From Chitinophagales bacterium (GTDB taxonomy: Bacteria > Bacteroidota > Bacteroidia > Chitinophagales > Saprospiraceae), in the NCBI GenBank assembly GCA_038323375.1, contig JBBQGV010000015.1, positions 974 to 64,973 on the forward strand: a stretch of 64,000 nucleotides of DNA, written 5' to 3'. A program made the position numbers and the translations under genes. Below the pieces are notes generated by a model, which ran no database searches, was not told the DNA's origin, and saw nothing but the letters and a program-made list of their open reading frames with translations. How positions within the stretch are numbered: position 1 is the stretch's first letter; each line of letters starts with the position of its first letter. Positions 21,106-30,876 of the stretch are shown here, piece after piece.

Positions 21106-21182
21106 TGTCTGTCTTTAGAGTGCGATAGCGGTGTTGTGCTCGAACGCTAAAGAGCAGACACGGGATTAAAAAGACAGACAGC
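21100..21182. repeat. REP-1 palindromic element copy
   Basis: ATTAGTGTCTGTCTTTAGAGTGCGATAGCGGTGTTGTG...CTAAAGAGCAGACAC, overlapping the peroxidase stop codon. Confidence 0.6.
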
Positions 21183-21642
21183 AAATAAGGGTGTCACTCG
21201 AAGTGTAATGTCGTCAACTTAGCGAACGATTACCACGAAGTGGTTGAAAATGAATAGGGGGTTGTGTAAAGAGGCAAAAGGCAAAGTGCAAAAGGCAATT
21301 TTGTTTCATAACACCTGTTGCTTTTGAAAACAAACAGAACGACTTTTTGAAATCATCCAATTTCGCAGAATTATTGCCTTTTGCACTTTGCACCTTAGTA
21401 CACAGCCCCGTAGGTCGCATAAACGAAATGTAACGCGCAACCCCGAATGGGGTTGAATCTTAATACGCCACATGCCATGGTCAGCAAATTGAAGCCAGTG
21501 CCGGGCAAAGTGCATTGGTAAATACGTCACAGTGGCCTGCAGGTATATATTTCTGCATCCTCTACGAAGATGCCGGACAGGCAAATAACCAATCGGCGCA
21601 TCACGCCAGCTTATTGCCGTTTACGATGGCTTCCTGTCTTTT

Positions 21643-22158
21643 TTGCCCACTACTTTTTTTGAGCACATGCTGGCTCCTGACGGTAAAATTTACGTTACCT
21701 CCACCAACGGGGTTAACCGCTTGCATGTCATCCACAACCCCAACGAGCCGGGTGCAGCCTGCAATCTGGAACAGCATGGCATTCGGCTACCCACTTTTCA
21801 TGCCTTTGCGGCACCCAATTTTCCGCATTTCCGGCTCTACGACCTTCCGGGCAGCCCGTGCGATACGCTGGGCATTTCTACGGCTGATCAGGAACCGGAA
21901 CCGCAGGAAGAAGGGATCAAGATTTTTCCTAATCCAGCGGATGGAATGGTGTATATCCAACTGCCCCCGGATGTTGCTGGGAAACTGCGGGTGTGGAATG
22001 CCGCAGGCCAAGTGATGTTCCACGAGGAAATCCGGGAGCGTGCCGGGCAACGCCTGTCAATAAATACTGCGCAGTGGCCTGCGGGGATATATTTTTGTAC
22101 GCTGCAAAGCGATGGCGGCAGGGCAAGCCGACGGGTTGCTTTTGTTGTGAATCATTGA
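21643..22158 (+). pseudogene. 5'-truncated paralogue of the 15042-16577 T9SS cargo gene
   Basis: The 171-aa ORF aligns by eye with only the C-terminal third of the 511-aa protein (VIHxPxEPGxACxxEQHxIxLP...FPxxRL, then the CTD). It has no signal peptide. A second orphan CTD tail (VNTSQWPAGIYFCIL) lies just upstream at about 21515-21560. Confidence 0.55.
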
Positions 22159-22289
22159 GCACTTTTGCATCGCAATAAGACCTGATGTGTGGGTATTTCA
22201 AAAATTAAACCACTCCTTCGGCAATAATCCCCTGCTATATTGTAGTTTTAAGGTCTCTCTTATTGTGTTTAAAAAATCGCCGATAACGA

Positions 22290-23843
22290 ATGGACAAAAT
22301 CAAAATCCTGTGGGCAGACGACGAGATTGACCTGCTGAAACCTCAGTTGCTGTTTTTAGAAAAAAAAGGATACGAAGTCATAACCGTCACCAACGGTTTC
22401 GATGCGCTGGAAGAAGTGGAAAATATACACGACATTGATGTGGTTTTTCTGGACGAGAGTATGCCCGGGATTACCGGCCTGGAAACTTTAGTCAAAATCA
22501 AAGCCACGAATCCGCTGCTGCCCGTGGTGATGATCACCAAAAACGAAGCCGAGCACATCATGGAAGAAGCGCTGGGTTCCCAGATTTCCGACTACCTCAT
22601 CAAGCCCGTCAATCCGAATCAGATTTTGCTTACGCTGAAAAAAATCATTGACAACAAACGCTTGGTGCGCGAAAAAACCAGTTCCAACTACCAGCAGGAT
22701 TTTCGCCAGATTTTCATGCAAATCAACAGCGGGCTGAGCTTTGAGGAATGGGTAGACGTGTACCGGAAAATCATCAACTGGGAAATCAAAATTGACGAAT
22801 CGCAGTCGGTGGAAATGCGCGACATCCTGTCCAGTCAAAAGCAGGAAGCCAACAACGCTTTCAGCAAATTCATCGCCAAAAACTATATAGACTGGGTGCA
22901 AAAAGGCAATGGCCCCGTGATGTCGAACACGCTGTTGCGCAGCAAAGTGTTCCCGAAAATGAGCGACGACATCCCCACCGTGGTGCTGTTGTTGGACAAC
23001 CTGCGCTACGACCAGTGGAAAGCCATTGAGCCAACCATCACCGAATTGTTTCGGGTGGAAAAGGAAGACTATTTTTACAGCATTTTGCCTACTTCTACCC
23101 AATACAGCCGCAACTCAATCTTTGCTGGTCTGCTGCCGCTTGAAATCGAAAAACGCTACCCTGACTGGTGGAAAAACGACAACGACGAAGGCGGCAAAAA
23201 CCTGCATGAGCACGATTTGTTAGGGGAACAAATCAAGCGCACGTTTCGCAAAGAATTGCGCTTCGATTACGTCAAAATAACCACCGTGGCTCAGGCGCGG
23301 CAGCTTCAGGACAACATCTTCAACTACCTGCAGAGCAACTTGATGGTAATTGTTTACAACTTCATAGACATGCTTTCGCACGCCCGCACGGAAATGGAGG
23401 TCTTGAAAGAATTAGCCGGCGATGAAAAGGCGTACCGTTCGCTCACACGCTCTTGGTTTGTGAATTCTCCGCTGTGGGCAGCCCTGCAAAAGGCGGCAGA
23501 ACGCGACATCCAATTGGTCGTGCTCACCGACCACGGCACCATTCGCGTCAATACGCCGTCAAGGGTAGTTGGCGACCGGGAAACGACCACCAACCTACGG
23601 TATAAAGTTGGCCGCAACCTGCAATACGAGCGCCGCGACGTACTCGAAGTACGCGAGCCGGAAAAAGCAGGTCTGCCGCGCCCCAATGTGAGTTCGGCGT
23701 TTATTTTTGCCAAAGAGGATGCGTTTTTCCTCTATCCGAACAACTACAACCACTACCACAATTATTACAAAAACACATTCCAGCACGGCGGTATTTCGCT
23801 GGAGGAGATTATTTGTCCGGTTATTCATTTGAGAACAAAATAA
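22290..23843 (+). CDS. porX: PorX-type response regulator (CheY receiver + PglZ/alkaline-phosphatase-superfamily domain)
   Basis: 517-aa ORF. Receiver domain (ILWADDE...VVFLDESMPGITG...KP) followed by PglZ motifs (LLLDNLRYDQW, HGGISLEE). Length and architecture match T9SS PorX. Confidence 0.8.
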   Translation: MDKIKILWADDEIDLLKPQLLFLEKKGYEVITVTNGFDALEEVENIHDIDVVFLDESMPGITGLETLVKIKATNPLLPVVMITKNEAEHIMEEALGSQISDYLIKPVNPNQILLTLKKIIDNKRLVREKTSSNYQQDFRQIFMQINSGLSFEEWVDVYRKIINWEIKIDESQSVEMRDILSSQKQEANNAFSKFIAKNYIDWVQKGNGPVMSNTLLRSKVFPKMSDDIPTVVLLLDNLRYDQWKAIEPTITELFRVEKEDYFYSILPTSTQYSRNSIFAGLLPLEIEKRYPDWWKNDNDEGGKNLHEHDLLGEQIKRTFRKELRFDYVKITTVAQARQLQDNIFNYLQSNLMVIVYNFIDMLSHARTEMEVLKELAGDEKAYRSLTRSWFVNSPLWAALQKAAERDIQLVVLTDHGTIRVNTPSRVVGDRETTTNLRYKVGRNLQYERRDVLEVREPEKAGLPRPNVSSAFIFAKEDAFFLYPNNYNHYHNYYKNTFQHGGISLEEIICPVIHLRTK

Positions 23844-23844
23844 T

Positions 23845-24384
23845 ATGTCGCGTTCCAATATCATTTACCTCGTCGTCATCCTGGCTGTGCTGGGATTTCT
23901 GGCCGGGCGTCATTTCTACATGCAGCCTAAATTCATCAACGGGGAGCGGGCACCGGACTTTTCGGGGACAACCTTAGCTGGCTATCCGATGCAATTGTCG
24001 CAATTGCGCGGCCAATATGTGCTCGTTGATTTTTGGGGGAGCTGGTGCGGCCCCTGCCGTGCGGAAAACCCAAAGTTGGCGGAAGTGTACGAACAGTTTC
24101 GCAATGCGACTTTTAAAGATGGCACAGGGTTCACCATCGTCAGCATCGGCATCGAACGCGATTCTTTGCCCTGGCGACGCGCCGTTCGCGATGACCGCAT
24201 GCGCTGGCCTTACCACTTGATAGAATACACGCCCAACCTCAAGTTTTTTGACGCGCCGATTGCCAACCTGTATCGCGTGAAGCAGGTGCCCACCAAATAC
24301 CTGCTCAACGGCGACGGCGTCATCATCAGCGTGAATCCGGATACCGGGGCGTTGGAAAAAGTCCTTCGGGAACGGGTGAAGTAG
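23845..24384 (+). CDS. TlpA-family thiol:disulfide oxidoreductase
   Basis: 179-aa ORF with an N-terminal membrane anchor and a WGSWCGPC thioredoxin active site. Confidence 0.85.
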   Translation: MSRSNIIYLVVILAVLGFLAGRHFYMQPKFINGERAPDFSGTTLAGYPMQLSQLRGQYVLVDFWGSWCGPCRAENPKLAEVYEQFRNATFKDGTGFTIVSIGIERDSLPWRRAVRDDRMRWPYHLIEYTPNLKFFDAPIANLYRVKQVPTKYLLNGDGVIISVNPDTGALEKVLRERVK

Positions 24385-24385
24385 A

Positions 24386-24478
24386 AGGGGCAAGTTTGCA
24401 AGCAGGCAAATTGGCAAGGGGCAAACTCGCAAGTTTGCAAACTTGCCCCTTGCCAATTTGCAAACTTGCCCCTTGCAA
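24386..24478. repeat. compound palindromic repeat and probable terminator (GGGGCAAGTTTGCAA units)
   Basis: GCAAATTGGCAAGGGGCAA ... TTGCCCCTTGCCAATTTGC plus repeated AGGGGCAAGTTTGCAA/TTGCAAACTTGCCCCT units between the tlpA-like gene and grpE. Confidence 0.5.
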
Positions 24479-24562
24479 CAAACATCTGCCATTTTGACGC
24501 ATCCCCCACCTCTGGCAAAGAAATTGCTATTCAACATAAGATTATTAAAATTCAAGGCGGTA

Positions 24563-25141
24563 ATGAACGATAAAGAATTAGAAGTAAATCTGGAATCCAC
24601 GATGGAGGAACTGGAGCAGTCGGAAGTTACAGACCTGAACGAGGAGGCTGTGGAAAACGAGCAAACGCAGGACGCGCAAGCTTCTTCAGGCCAGGAACTG
24701 GAAAATTTAAAAATGCAACACGAGGAATTGAAAGACAAATACCTGCGTCTGTACGCAGAATTTGAAAACTACAAAAAACGCGCCCTCAAGGAAAAAATTG
24801 ACTACATGGCTACAGCCGCACAAGACACCTTGACAGCGTTGTTGCCTGTTTTGGACGATTTTGACAGGGCTAAAAAAGCGGCTGATGCCGAAAACAGCCC
24901 GGAACCGTTCAGCGAAGGCGTTACTTTGGTGTACCACAAATTAAACACCACCTTGAAAAACAAGGGATTGACGGCAATGGAATCAACCGGCAAGGCTTTT
25001 GACCCCGAATTTCATGAGGCCGTCGTGGAAATTCCCGCGCCAAGCGAAGACAGGAAAGGCAAAGTCATGGACACCATTGAAACCGGGTACCAATTGAAAG
25101 ATAAAATAATCCGCTACGCCAAGGTAGTGGTAGGCAAATAA
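24563..25141 (+). CDS. grpE: nucleotide exchange factor GrpE
   Basis: Acidic N-terminus, then LKDKYLRLYAEFENYKKR and a C-terminal beta-domain. The ATG at 24563 is preferred over the ORF-track start, which lies inside the palindromic repeat. Confidence 0.9.
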   Translation: MNDKELEVNLESTMEELEQSEVTDLNEEAVENEQTQDAQASSGQELENLKMQHEELKDKYLRLYAEFENYKKRALKEKIDYMATAAQDTLTALLPVLDDFDRAKKAADAENSPEPFSEGVTLVYHKLNTTLKNKGLTAMESTGKAFDPEFHEAVVEIPAPSEDRKGKVMDTIETGYQLKDKIIRYAKVVVGK

Positions 25142-25147
25142 GCACTA

Positions 25148-26311
25148 ATGGCAAAAAGAGACTTTTATGAAGTGCTTGGCGTGACCAAAATCGCAAGCGC
25201 AGATGAAATCAAAAAGGCATACCGAAAGCAGGCCCTTGAGCACCACCCGGACCGCAACCCCAACAACAAAGCAGCGGAGGACAAGTTCAAGGAAGCGGCC
25301 GAGGCTTATGAGGTGTTGAGCGACGCCGACAAAAAGGCGCGCTACGATCGCTATGGCCATGCCGGCGTCAGCGATCAGGGCGGCGGCGGATACAGCAGCA
25401 GTGGCGGCATGACGATGGAGGACATCCTGCGCCAGTTTGGAAGCATGTTTGGCGACAGCGGCGGATTTGGCGAAGATCCCTTTGGCAGGAGCGGCGGCGC
25501 ACAGCGACCCGCAGGCGGCCAACGCGGCTCCAACCTGCGCATCAAAGTCAGCTTGTCGCTCGAAGAAATTTCAAGCGGCGTTACCAAAAAAATCAAAGTC
25601 AGGAAACACGTCACTTGCAATGTGTGCAGCGGCAGCGGAGCCAAAGACAGCAGTTCGGTAAAAACCTGCGGCACTTGTCGCGGTTCGGGCTATGTGCGCC
25701 AGGTGCGCAATACGTTTCTGGGGCAAATGCAAACCACTTCGCCGTGTCCGACCTGTAGTGGTTCGGGAACGGTGATTTCTGCTTTTTGCGGCAATTGCAA
25801 AGGCGATGGCCGCATGTACGCCGAAGAAACCATAGACATTGAGATCCCCGGTGGCGTGGAAGAAAACATGCAGCTTTCGATGCGGGGCAAAGGCAACGCC
25901 GGCGTCAAAGGCGGTCCGGCAGGCGATTTGCTCATCAGCATCGAAGAGACGAAACATGAAGCGCTCCAACGCGACGGCATGAACCTGATTTACGACCTGT
26001 ACATCAACTTCGCCGATGCTGCTTTGGGCACCTCAATTGAAGTACCGACTATTGATGGCCGGGTGAAAATCAAAATTCCGTCCGGCACCCAATCAGGCAA
26101 GATGTTCCGCCTGAAAGATAAAGGTTTACCTTCGGTGCAAAGCCACGGGCGCGGCGACCAGATCGTTCACGTGAACGTTTGGACGCCGAAAAAACTGAAC
26201 GACGAAGAAAAGCGCCTGTTGGAAAAATTGCGCGAAATGCCCAACCTGCAACCGCAGCCGGGAAAGGATGATCGCGGTTTTTTTGACCGGATGAAAGATT
26301 ATTTTAAGTGA
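25148..26311 (+). CDS. dnaJ: molecular chaperone DnaJ
   Basis: J domain with HPD, a G/F-rich linker and four CxxCxGxG zinc-finger repeats. Confidence 0.95.
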   Translation: MAKRDFYEVLGVTKIASADEIKKAYRKQALEHHPDRNPNNKAAEDKFKEAAEAYEVLSDADKKARYDRYGHAGVSDQGGGGYSSSGGMTMEDILRQFGSMFGDSGGFGEDPFGRSGGAQRPAGGQRGSNLRIKVSLSLEEISSGVTKKIKVRKHVTCNVCSGSGAKDSSSVKTCGTCRGSGYVRQVRNTFLGQMQTTSPCPTCSGSGTVISAFCGNCKGDGRMYAEETIDIEIPGGVEENMQLSMRGKGNAGVKGGPAGDLLISIEETKHEALQRDGMNLIYDLYINFADAALGTSIEVPTIDGRVKIKIPSGTQSGKMFRLKDKGLPSVQSHGRGDQIVHVNVWTPKKLNDEEKRLLEKLREMPNLQPQPGKDDRGFFDRMKDYFK

Positions 26312-26397
26312 TTGGTGATTGATGTGGCACGTACCTCATCAATTCAGAGGTAACTATTTAGCACATAAAAATGGAATAAGCAGGCATCTACAGGAAG

Positions 26398-26476
26398 TGG
26401 ACTAAAGCCCGCGAAACGGAGCAGCACACGCGCCACGCGTTTGGTCGGTTCTTCGTTTCGCGGGCTTTAGTCCGCC
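26398..26476. repeat. REP-2 hairpin (GGACTAAAGCCCGCGAAACG / CGTTTCGCGGGCTTTAGTCC), likely dnaJ terminator
   Basis: Perfect 20-bp inverted repeat separated by about 38 nt. The same motif is amplified at 45218-45850 and 46764-46806. Confidence 0.65.
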
Positions 26477-26596
26477 TAAGTTAATCGTCGTATGCGAATG
26501 AGCGCATCTTCAAACGCATCGTTGTTTGCTCTACGGACGCTGTGGGTAAACAGTTACATTCAGAAAATGGATTTTTGCGGTAAAAAGTTAAGAACA

Positions 26597-27076
26597 ATGA
26601 ATAAATTCCTTCCAGCAATCTTTGCCTTCGCCTCAATGTTCCTCTATGGCTGCGGCCCGAATTATTTGCTGGAAGGCCGGCACGATTTCCCCGACACCCA
26701 ATGGACTTATGCCGATTCGCTGCGTTTTGAATTCGAGGTCGAAGATACGACCCGCATTTACAACCTGTATGCAGAACTTACACACAGCGTAGACTACAGT
26801 TTTCAGAACCTCTACACCCATATCCACACGATCATGCCTTCCGGCCAACGCCTGACCAAATTGGTCTCCTTAGAGCTAACCAACAAACTTGGGATATGGT
26901 CGGGCGATTGCAACAGCAAAACCTGCGAGATTCGCCTGCCCGTTCAGGAAGACCTTTATTTCAACCAGATGGGCCATTACACCATTGTAGTGGAGCAATT
27001 TATGCGCCAGGATCAACTGCCCGGGCTGGATAATTTTTCGTTGCTGATTGAAGAATTGGAAAAGAAAAGGCAGTAA
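26597..27076 (+). CDS. gldH: GldH-like gliding-motility/T9SS lipoprotein
   Basis: About 159 aa from the ATG at 26597. Lipobox FLYGC. The spacing of W..D...F.F, YN, Y.FQNLY, GxWSG and Y...V.Q.MR recalls GldH. This is recognition by eye only. Confidence 0.55.
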   Translation: MNKFLPAIFAFASMFLYGCGPNYLLEGRHDFPDTQWTYADSLRFEFEVEDTTRIYNLYAELTHSVDYSFQNLYTHIHTIMPSGQRLTKLVSLELTNKLGIWSGDCNSKTCEIRLPVQEDLYFNQMGHYTIVVEQFMRQDQLPGLDNFSLLIEELEKKRQ

Positions 27077-27100
27077 GAGGTAGCCATTCAATTCAAAATT

Positions 27101-27526
27101 TCACCACCTGCCTGTATACCTCATTCTGTTCTTGTCATAGGCTTGCAACTGGTAAATCCCGCCGGGTAACCACGACAAGTGTACTTCATCCGGGGTTTCA
27201 AAACTTTGAATACTGTATACTAACTGCCCTGTTGCGTTGAAAACCATCATTTCATTGAAGGAAATATCCTCTGCTCCAGCAATTTTCACCAGTCCGTGTG
27301 AAGGGTTTGGAGAAATGGCTAAAGGAACTGCGCCTATGTGCTCTTCAGTATCAGTAGTGATCCAGTAGCAAGGAGTATAATCAGGAGCCTTGTGCGGCTT
27401 GAATCTAAGTCCATAAATAGCTTGGGCTCCTAACCCTTCAACCTCCCTTTGAACGCCTACTACAGGGCTAATCCCCGATAGTGCTTCTGCTGTTAGTTCA
27501 AAAGAATAAGAGCTTTGACTGGCCAT
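27101..27526 (-). CDS. T9SS CTD-bearing ORF without a signal peptide; possibly the 3' part of a nonsense-interrupted gene
   Basis: 141-aa ORF with a C-terminal ISPNPSHGLVKI... CTD. It is in frame with 27581-27847 and separated from it by a single TAA. Confidence 0.45.
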   Translation of the reverse strand: MASQSSYSFELTAEALSGISPVVGVQREVEGLGAQAIYGLRFKPHKAPDYTPCYWITTDTEEHIGAVPLAISPNPSHGLVKIAGAEDISFNEMMVFNATGQLVYSIQSFETPDEVHLSWLPGGIYQLQAYDKNRMRYTGRW

Positions 27527-27580
27527 ACATGCACATATAGGAGGAAATCCATCCAGATCAAAGGGATCTGTTACATCTAT

Positions 27581-27847
27581 TTAGTGATTACTTAGAAAAG
27601 AGCCGCAAATACACACATTGTTAAGAAAGTATGCACTATCCCACGACACAGGAATAGGCTGATATTTAGACCAGACAAAAATGAAAATTAATGAACCGGA
27701 ATAGCAATTATGGGCTGGAATAAACTGGCCGTATTCTATGATAACTTTTGACAAGGCATTGTTGAAAGAAAGAGCAGCCTGTTGGCTATAAAGATGACTG
27801 ACAGGAACAAAGCATGACCATATAATTAGCATTGCTTTCGTTTTCAT
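27581..27847 (-). CDS. signal-peptide-bearing 88-aa ORF; possibly the 5' part of the interrupted gene
   Basis: Signal peptide MKTKAMLIIWSCFVPVSHLYSQQ. Same frame as 27101-27526. Confidence 0.4.
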   Translation of the reverse strand: MKTKAMLIIWSCFVPVSHLYSQQAALSFNNALSKVIIEYGQFIPAHNCYSGSLIFIFVWSKYQPIPVSWDSAYFLNNVCICGSFLSNH

Positions 27848-27850
27848 GGC

Positions 27851-28681
27851 TTAAATCTTTAGGGTAGTTCTTGAAATAATCACTCCATCCAGAATTAAGA
27901 CTAAAAAGTAGGTTCCCGTAGGAACTGCGCTTGTATTCAGTACTTCCTGATATGAGCCTGATTGGGAAACATATTCGGAAGACAACAGTATTTCGTTGCC
28001 CGAACCTGCAGGAAACAGGAAAACGTCCATCTTTCCTGTTACTTCGGTGTCATATTCTACCGTGAGCGAATTTTCAAAAGGATTGGGATAATAGCCCGTT
28101 AATTCATAATGAGGCGCTGTTTCCACGAGGCAGCCGCCGCTTGGCAAAGCAGGCAAACGAAACGTATATTCCTCTACAGCCTCCGTTTCGCAAGGACTTA
28201 TTAACGATAGTCGGAGTTTGTAATTGGTATTAGCTTGCAAGCCGTACATGTACGCGCTGGAATATTTGGGGTTCCGCGAAATACAAAATGTTCGGGCTTC
28301 ATCCGGTGTGCATCCATGATCGTAAATCAGATTGTCATTCATGGTCAGAATTTCAACTTTGTATTTGTCTTCGTTCATGGAAGCCATTAATTGAAAACAG
28401 TAACTACAATCTTCTGATACAGATTCATCAGGGAATACATGAATATTGGCCATCGGGGGTGGGCAATCACCGCCAACCTGTGCGATATAAGGGCAATATC
28501 CTTGTTCGCTTAATTTTGAAAGCATTCTATTTATCTGACAGGCTGTGAAAGCTCCATCATTTGGAAAGCCTTGCTCACTGAACGATTCTTCGGTATTTCC
28601 GCAGGAGCGAAGTCCAGCGCCCTCCTGAGCCGAGAGACTATAGAAATAAGGATTAATCAAAACAAACAACATCGGTGCCAA
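27851..28681 (-). CDS. secreted T9SS C-terminal-domain protein
   Basis: 276-aa ORF with a hydrophobic N-terminus and a C-terminal YYPNPFENSLTVEY... CTD. Confidence 0.6.
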   Translation of the reverse strand: MAPMLFVLINPYFYSLSAQEGAGLRSCGNTEESFSEQGFPNDGAFTACQINRMLSKLSEQGYCPYIAQVGGDCPPPMANIHVFPDESVSEDCSYCFQLMASMNEDKYKVEILTMNDNLIYDHGCTPDEARTFCISRNPKYSSAYMYGLQANTNYKLRLSLISPCETEAVEEYTFRLPALPSGGCLVETAPHYELTGYYPNPFENSLTVEYDTEVTGKMDVFLFPAGSGNEILLSSEYVSQSGSYQEVLNTSAVPTGTYFLVLILDGVIISRTTLKI

Positions 28682-28860
28682 TTTATTAACGTTTTTGATA
28701 ATCCCCCCCCTTGACCATCAGGGGCATACGGCAAAAAAGCATGGTAATTTTTCTCATAAACTCATTCGTTTTGAGGTAAATAGAACTGTTTCGTCCTGTG
28801 CAAGTTACAGAAATTTTCATTAAAAAAAAACTGGTAATTGAACTGTAATCAATGCAGCTA

Positions 28861-29036
28861 TAAGAGCTTGTTTGGGTTTTCGTGATCGAGCGAGGCGAGG
28901 AGATTTTGTTTTAGACAAAACGGATTTTGCCCCGACCGCGGTCGGGGTAACCGGCAGCTACGGCGAAAAAATCCAATGCCGTATAAAATAAAATTTGCCG
29001 CCCGTAGCCGATTGACGGAAATCCAAACAAGCTCTA
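28861..29036. repeat. about 175-bp MITE-like element with terminal inverted repeats AGAGCTTGTTTGG / CCAAACAAGCTCT
   Basis: 13-bp perfect termini plus internal hairpins (GCCCCGACCGCGGTCGGGG). The flanks read ...CTATA|AG and CT|AAG..., so a TSD is not clean. Confidence 0.4.
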
Positions 29037-29093
29037 AGTATCATTTATTGCAGCAGGCTTCGTATTTTGGGCGCAACCAAACCCGCTCCTGCC

Positions 29094-30863
29094 ATGACGA
29101 CAGATATTGCCATTGTTCTCTCCATCATTTTCGTAGCCGTTGTCTTGTTTATCTGGGAGCGCTTTTCCGTAGATACCGTTTCCATTTTGGTCATGATCGC
29201 GTTGATGGCCACAGGCATTCTCAGCCCGGGGGAAGGCTTTGCCGGTTTCAGTAACCCTGCCACGCTCACCGTAGGCGCTATGTTTGTGATCAGTACTGCC
29301 GTATTCAAAAGCGGCATCATGAACAATATCAGTCAGATATTGATTAAAGCGGGGCGTACGAATTTCAGCTTATGCCTGCTGTTCATTATGCTGATCGCGG
29401 GTGCATTGTCTGCTTTCATTAATGATACAGCTGTGGTTGCGCTGTTGATGCCGGTGGTCATTCAGGTAGCCAAAGAATCCAAAATCAGCCCGTCCAAACT
29501 CCTCATGCCCCTGTCTTTTGGTGCGCTGCTCGGTGGCATTTGCACGCTAATCGGGACGTCTACCAATATTTTGGTAAGCGGTATTGCTGAAAAGCAGGGT
29601 TTGCCTGCATTTGGCATGTTTGAAATGGCGCCTGCGGGGATTTGTTTTTTAGCTGCCGGAATCATTTACATTTTGGTAGCCGGTCAATTTTTACTCCCCA
29701 GCCGCAAAGCCAACCTCGATCCTGCCGACGATTTTGAAATGGGAAAATATTTGGCCGAAATCATTTTGTTGTCCAATTCCAAATCCGCCGGAAAAACCAT
29801 CGAAGCCTGTCCGCTGACCAAAGATTTTGATATTGAAATCCTGCAGGTCACCCGCGAAGACGGTGTCGTTGAATTTCCAAGCCCACACACCATGCTTCGT
29901 GCCGGCGACCTGCTCAAAGTGCGCTGTAATATTGACCGACTCAAGCAATTGGCTGTCCGCGAAGGCATTCAGGTCAAAGGCGATACCTTGCACGAAGCTG
30001 CTAAAAACCTGGCGCTGTACGAAACCTTAGTGACGCCGGATTCTCAATTCATTGACCAATCTCTGGCCGAATTACAATTCAAACAAACTTATACTGGTGC
30101 CAGCGTATTGGCCATTCGCAGCCACGGGAACATCATCCACGAAAAAATTGCCCACACCCAACTCAAATCCGGCGACATCCTGCTCTTGCGCTCTGACAAG
30201 CAAGCCATTCGCCTGCTGAGCCAAAGCAAAAACCTGCTTATTCTCAATGAATTTGAACAAAAAAAGACCAATTATACAAAAGTTATAGCCACCTTGTCCA
30301 TCGTATTTGCAGCCATGACTGTTGCAGCAACAGGCGCTATGCCCATTGTACTCAGTGCAGCCATTGGGATCATTTTGCTGATTATACTGGGTATTTTAAA
30401 ACCCGAAGAAGCCTATCAGGCCATCGAATGGAAAGTAATTTTTATGCTGGCCGGCGTGCTTTCGATGGGGGCGGCGTTGGAAAAAACCGGCGCTGCGGCC
30501 CTGCTTGGGCAAGGCATCAACGACACCATCGGCAGTTACGGCCCCGTAGCTGTGCTGTCTGCCTTTTTTATCATTACCAGCCTGCTCACCAACATCATGT
30601 CGAACAACGCCACCTCAGCCCTGCTGGCGCCCATTGCCATTGTCACAGCGGAGAGTATGGGCATCAGTTCGCGCCCGTTGCTGATGGCAGTTGTTTTTGC
30701 TGCGTCCATGAGTTTTATGACGCCGATTGGTTACCAGACCAATACCATGATTTACGGTCCCGGCAATTATAAATTCAAGGACTATTTGTTAGTTGGCACG
30801 CCGCTGAATATTCTAGTATGGCTGCTGGCGATGTTTTTGCTGCCGAAGATGTTTCCGTTTTGA
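29094..30863 (+). CDS. SLC13/DASS-family anion permease with two central TrkA-C domains
   Basis: Multi-TM N- and C-terminal halves flank two TrkA-C-like repeats (EIILLSNS...GKTI; ETLVTPDS...). The ATG at 29094 is preferred over the TTG at 29067. Confidence 0.85.
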   Translation: MTTDIAIVLSIIFVAVVLFIWERFSVDTVSILVMIALMATGILSPGEGFAGFSNPATLTVGAMFVISTAVFKSGIMNNISQILIKAGRTNFSLCLLFIMLIAGALSAFINDTAVVALLMPVVIQVAKESKISPSKLLMPLSFGALLGGICTLIGTSTNILVSGIAEKQGLPAFGMFEMAPAGICFLAAGIIYILVAGQFLLPSRKANLDPADDFEMGKYLAEIILLSNSKSAGKTIEACPLTKDFDIEILQVTREDGVVEFPSPHTMLRAGDLLKVRCNIDRLKQLAVREGIQVKGDTLHEAAKNLALYETLVTPDSQFIDQSLAELQFKQTYTGASVLAIRSHGNIIHEKIAHTQLKSGDILLLRSDKQAIRLLSQSKNLLILNEFEQKKTNYTKVIATLSIVFAAMTVAATGAMPIVLSAAIGIILLIILGILKPEEAYQAIEWKVIFMLAGVLSMGAALEKTGAAALLGQGINDTIGSYGPVAVLSAFFIITSLLTNIMSNNATSALLAPIAIVTAESMGISSRPLLMAVVFAASMSFMTPIGYQTNTMIYGPGNYKFKDYLLVGTPLNILVWLLAMFLLPKMFPF

Positions 30864-30876
30864 CGGAGTGCAGGAA

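Noticed and set aside
22488-23102. 204-aa minus-strand ORF inside porX; similar long antisense ORFs occur at 11548-12147, 25145-25522, 47774-48289 and 10224-10640
   Set aside because: All are antisense to strongly supported genes, with biased composition and no motifs. They are treated as non-coding.
24386-24562. CIRCE/HrcA operator upstream of grpE-dnaJ
   Set aside because: The palindromes present (GGGGCAAGTTTGCAA units) do not resemble TTAGCACTC-N9-GAGTGCTAA. They are more likely a terminator or REP element of the upstream gene.
23974-24738. 254-aa minus-strand ORF spanning the tlpA-like gene, the palindromic repeat and the grpE start
   Set aside because: It is antisense to two confidently identified genes, crosses an intergenic hairpin array, and has no recognisable motifs.
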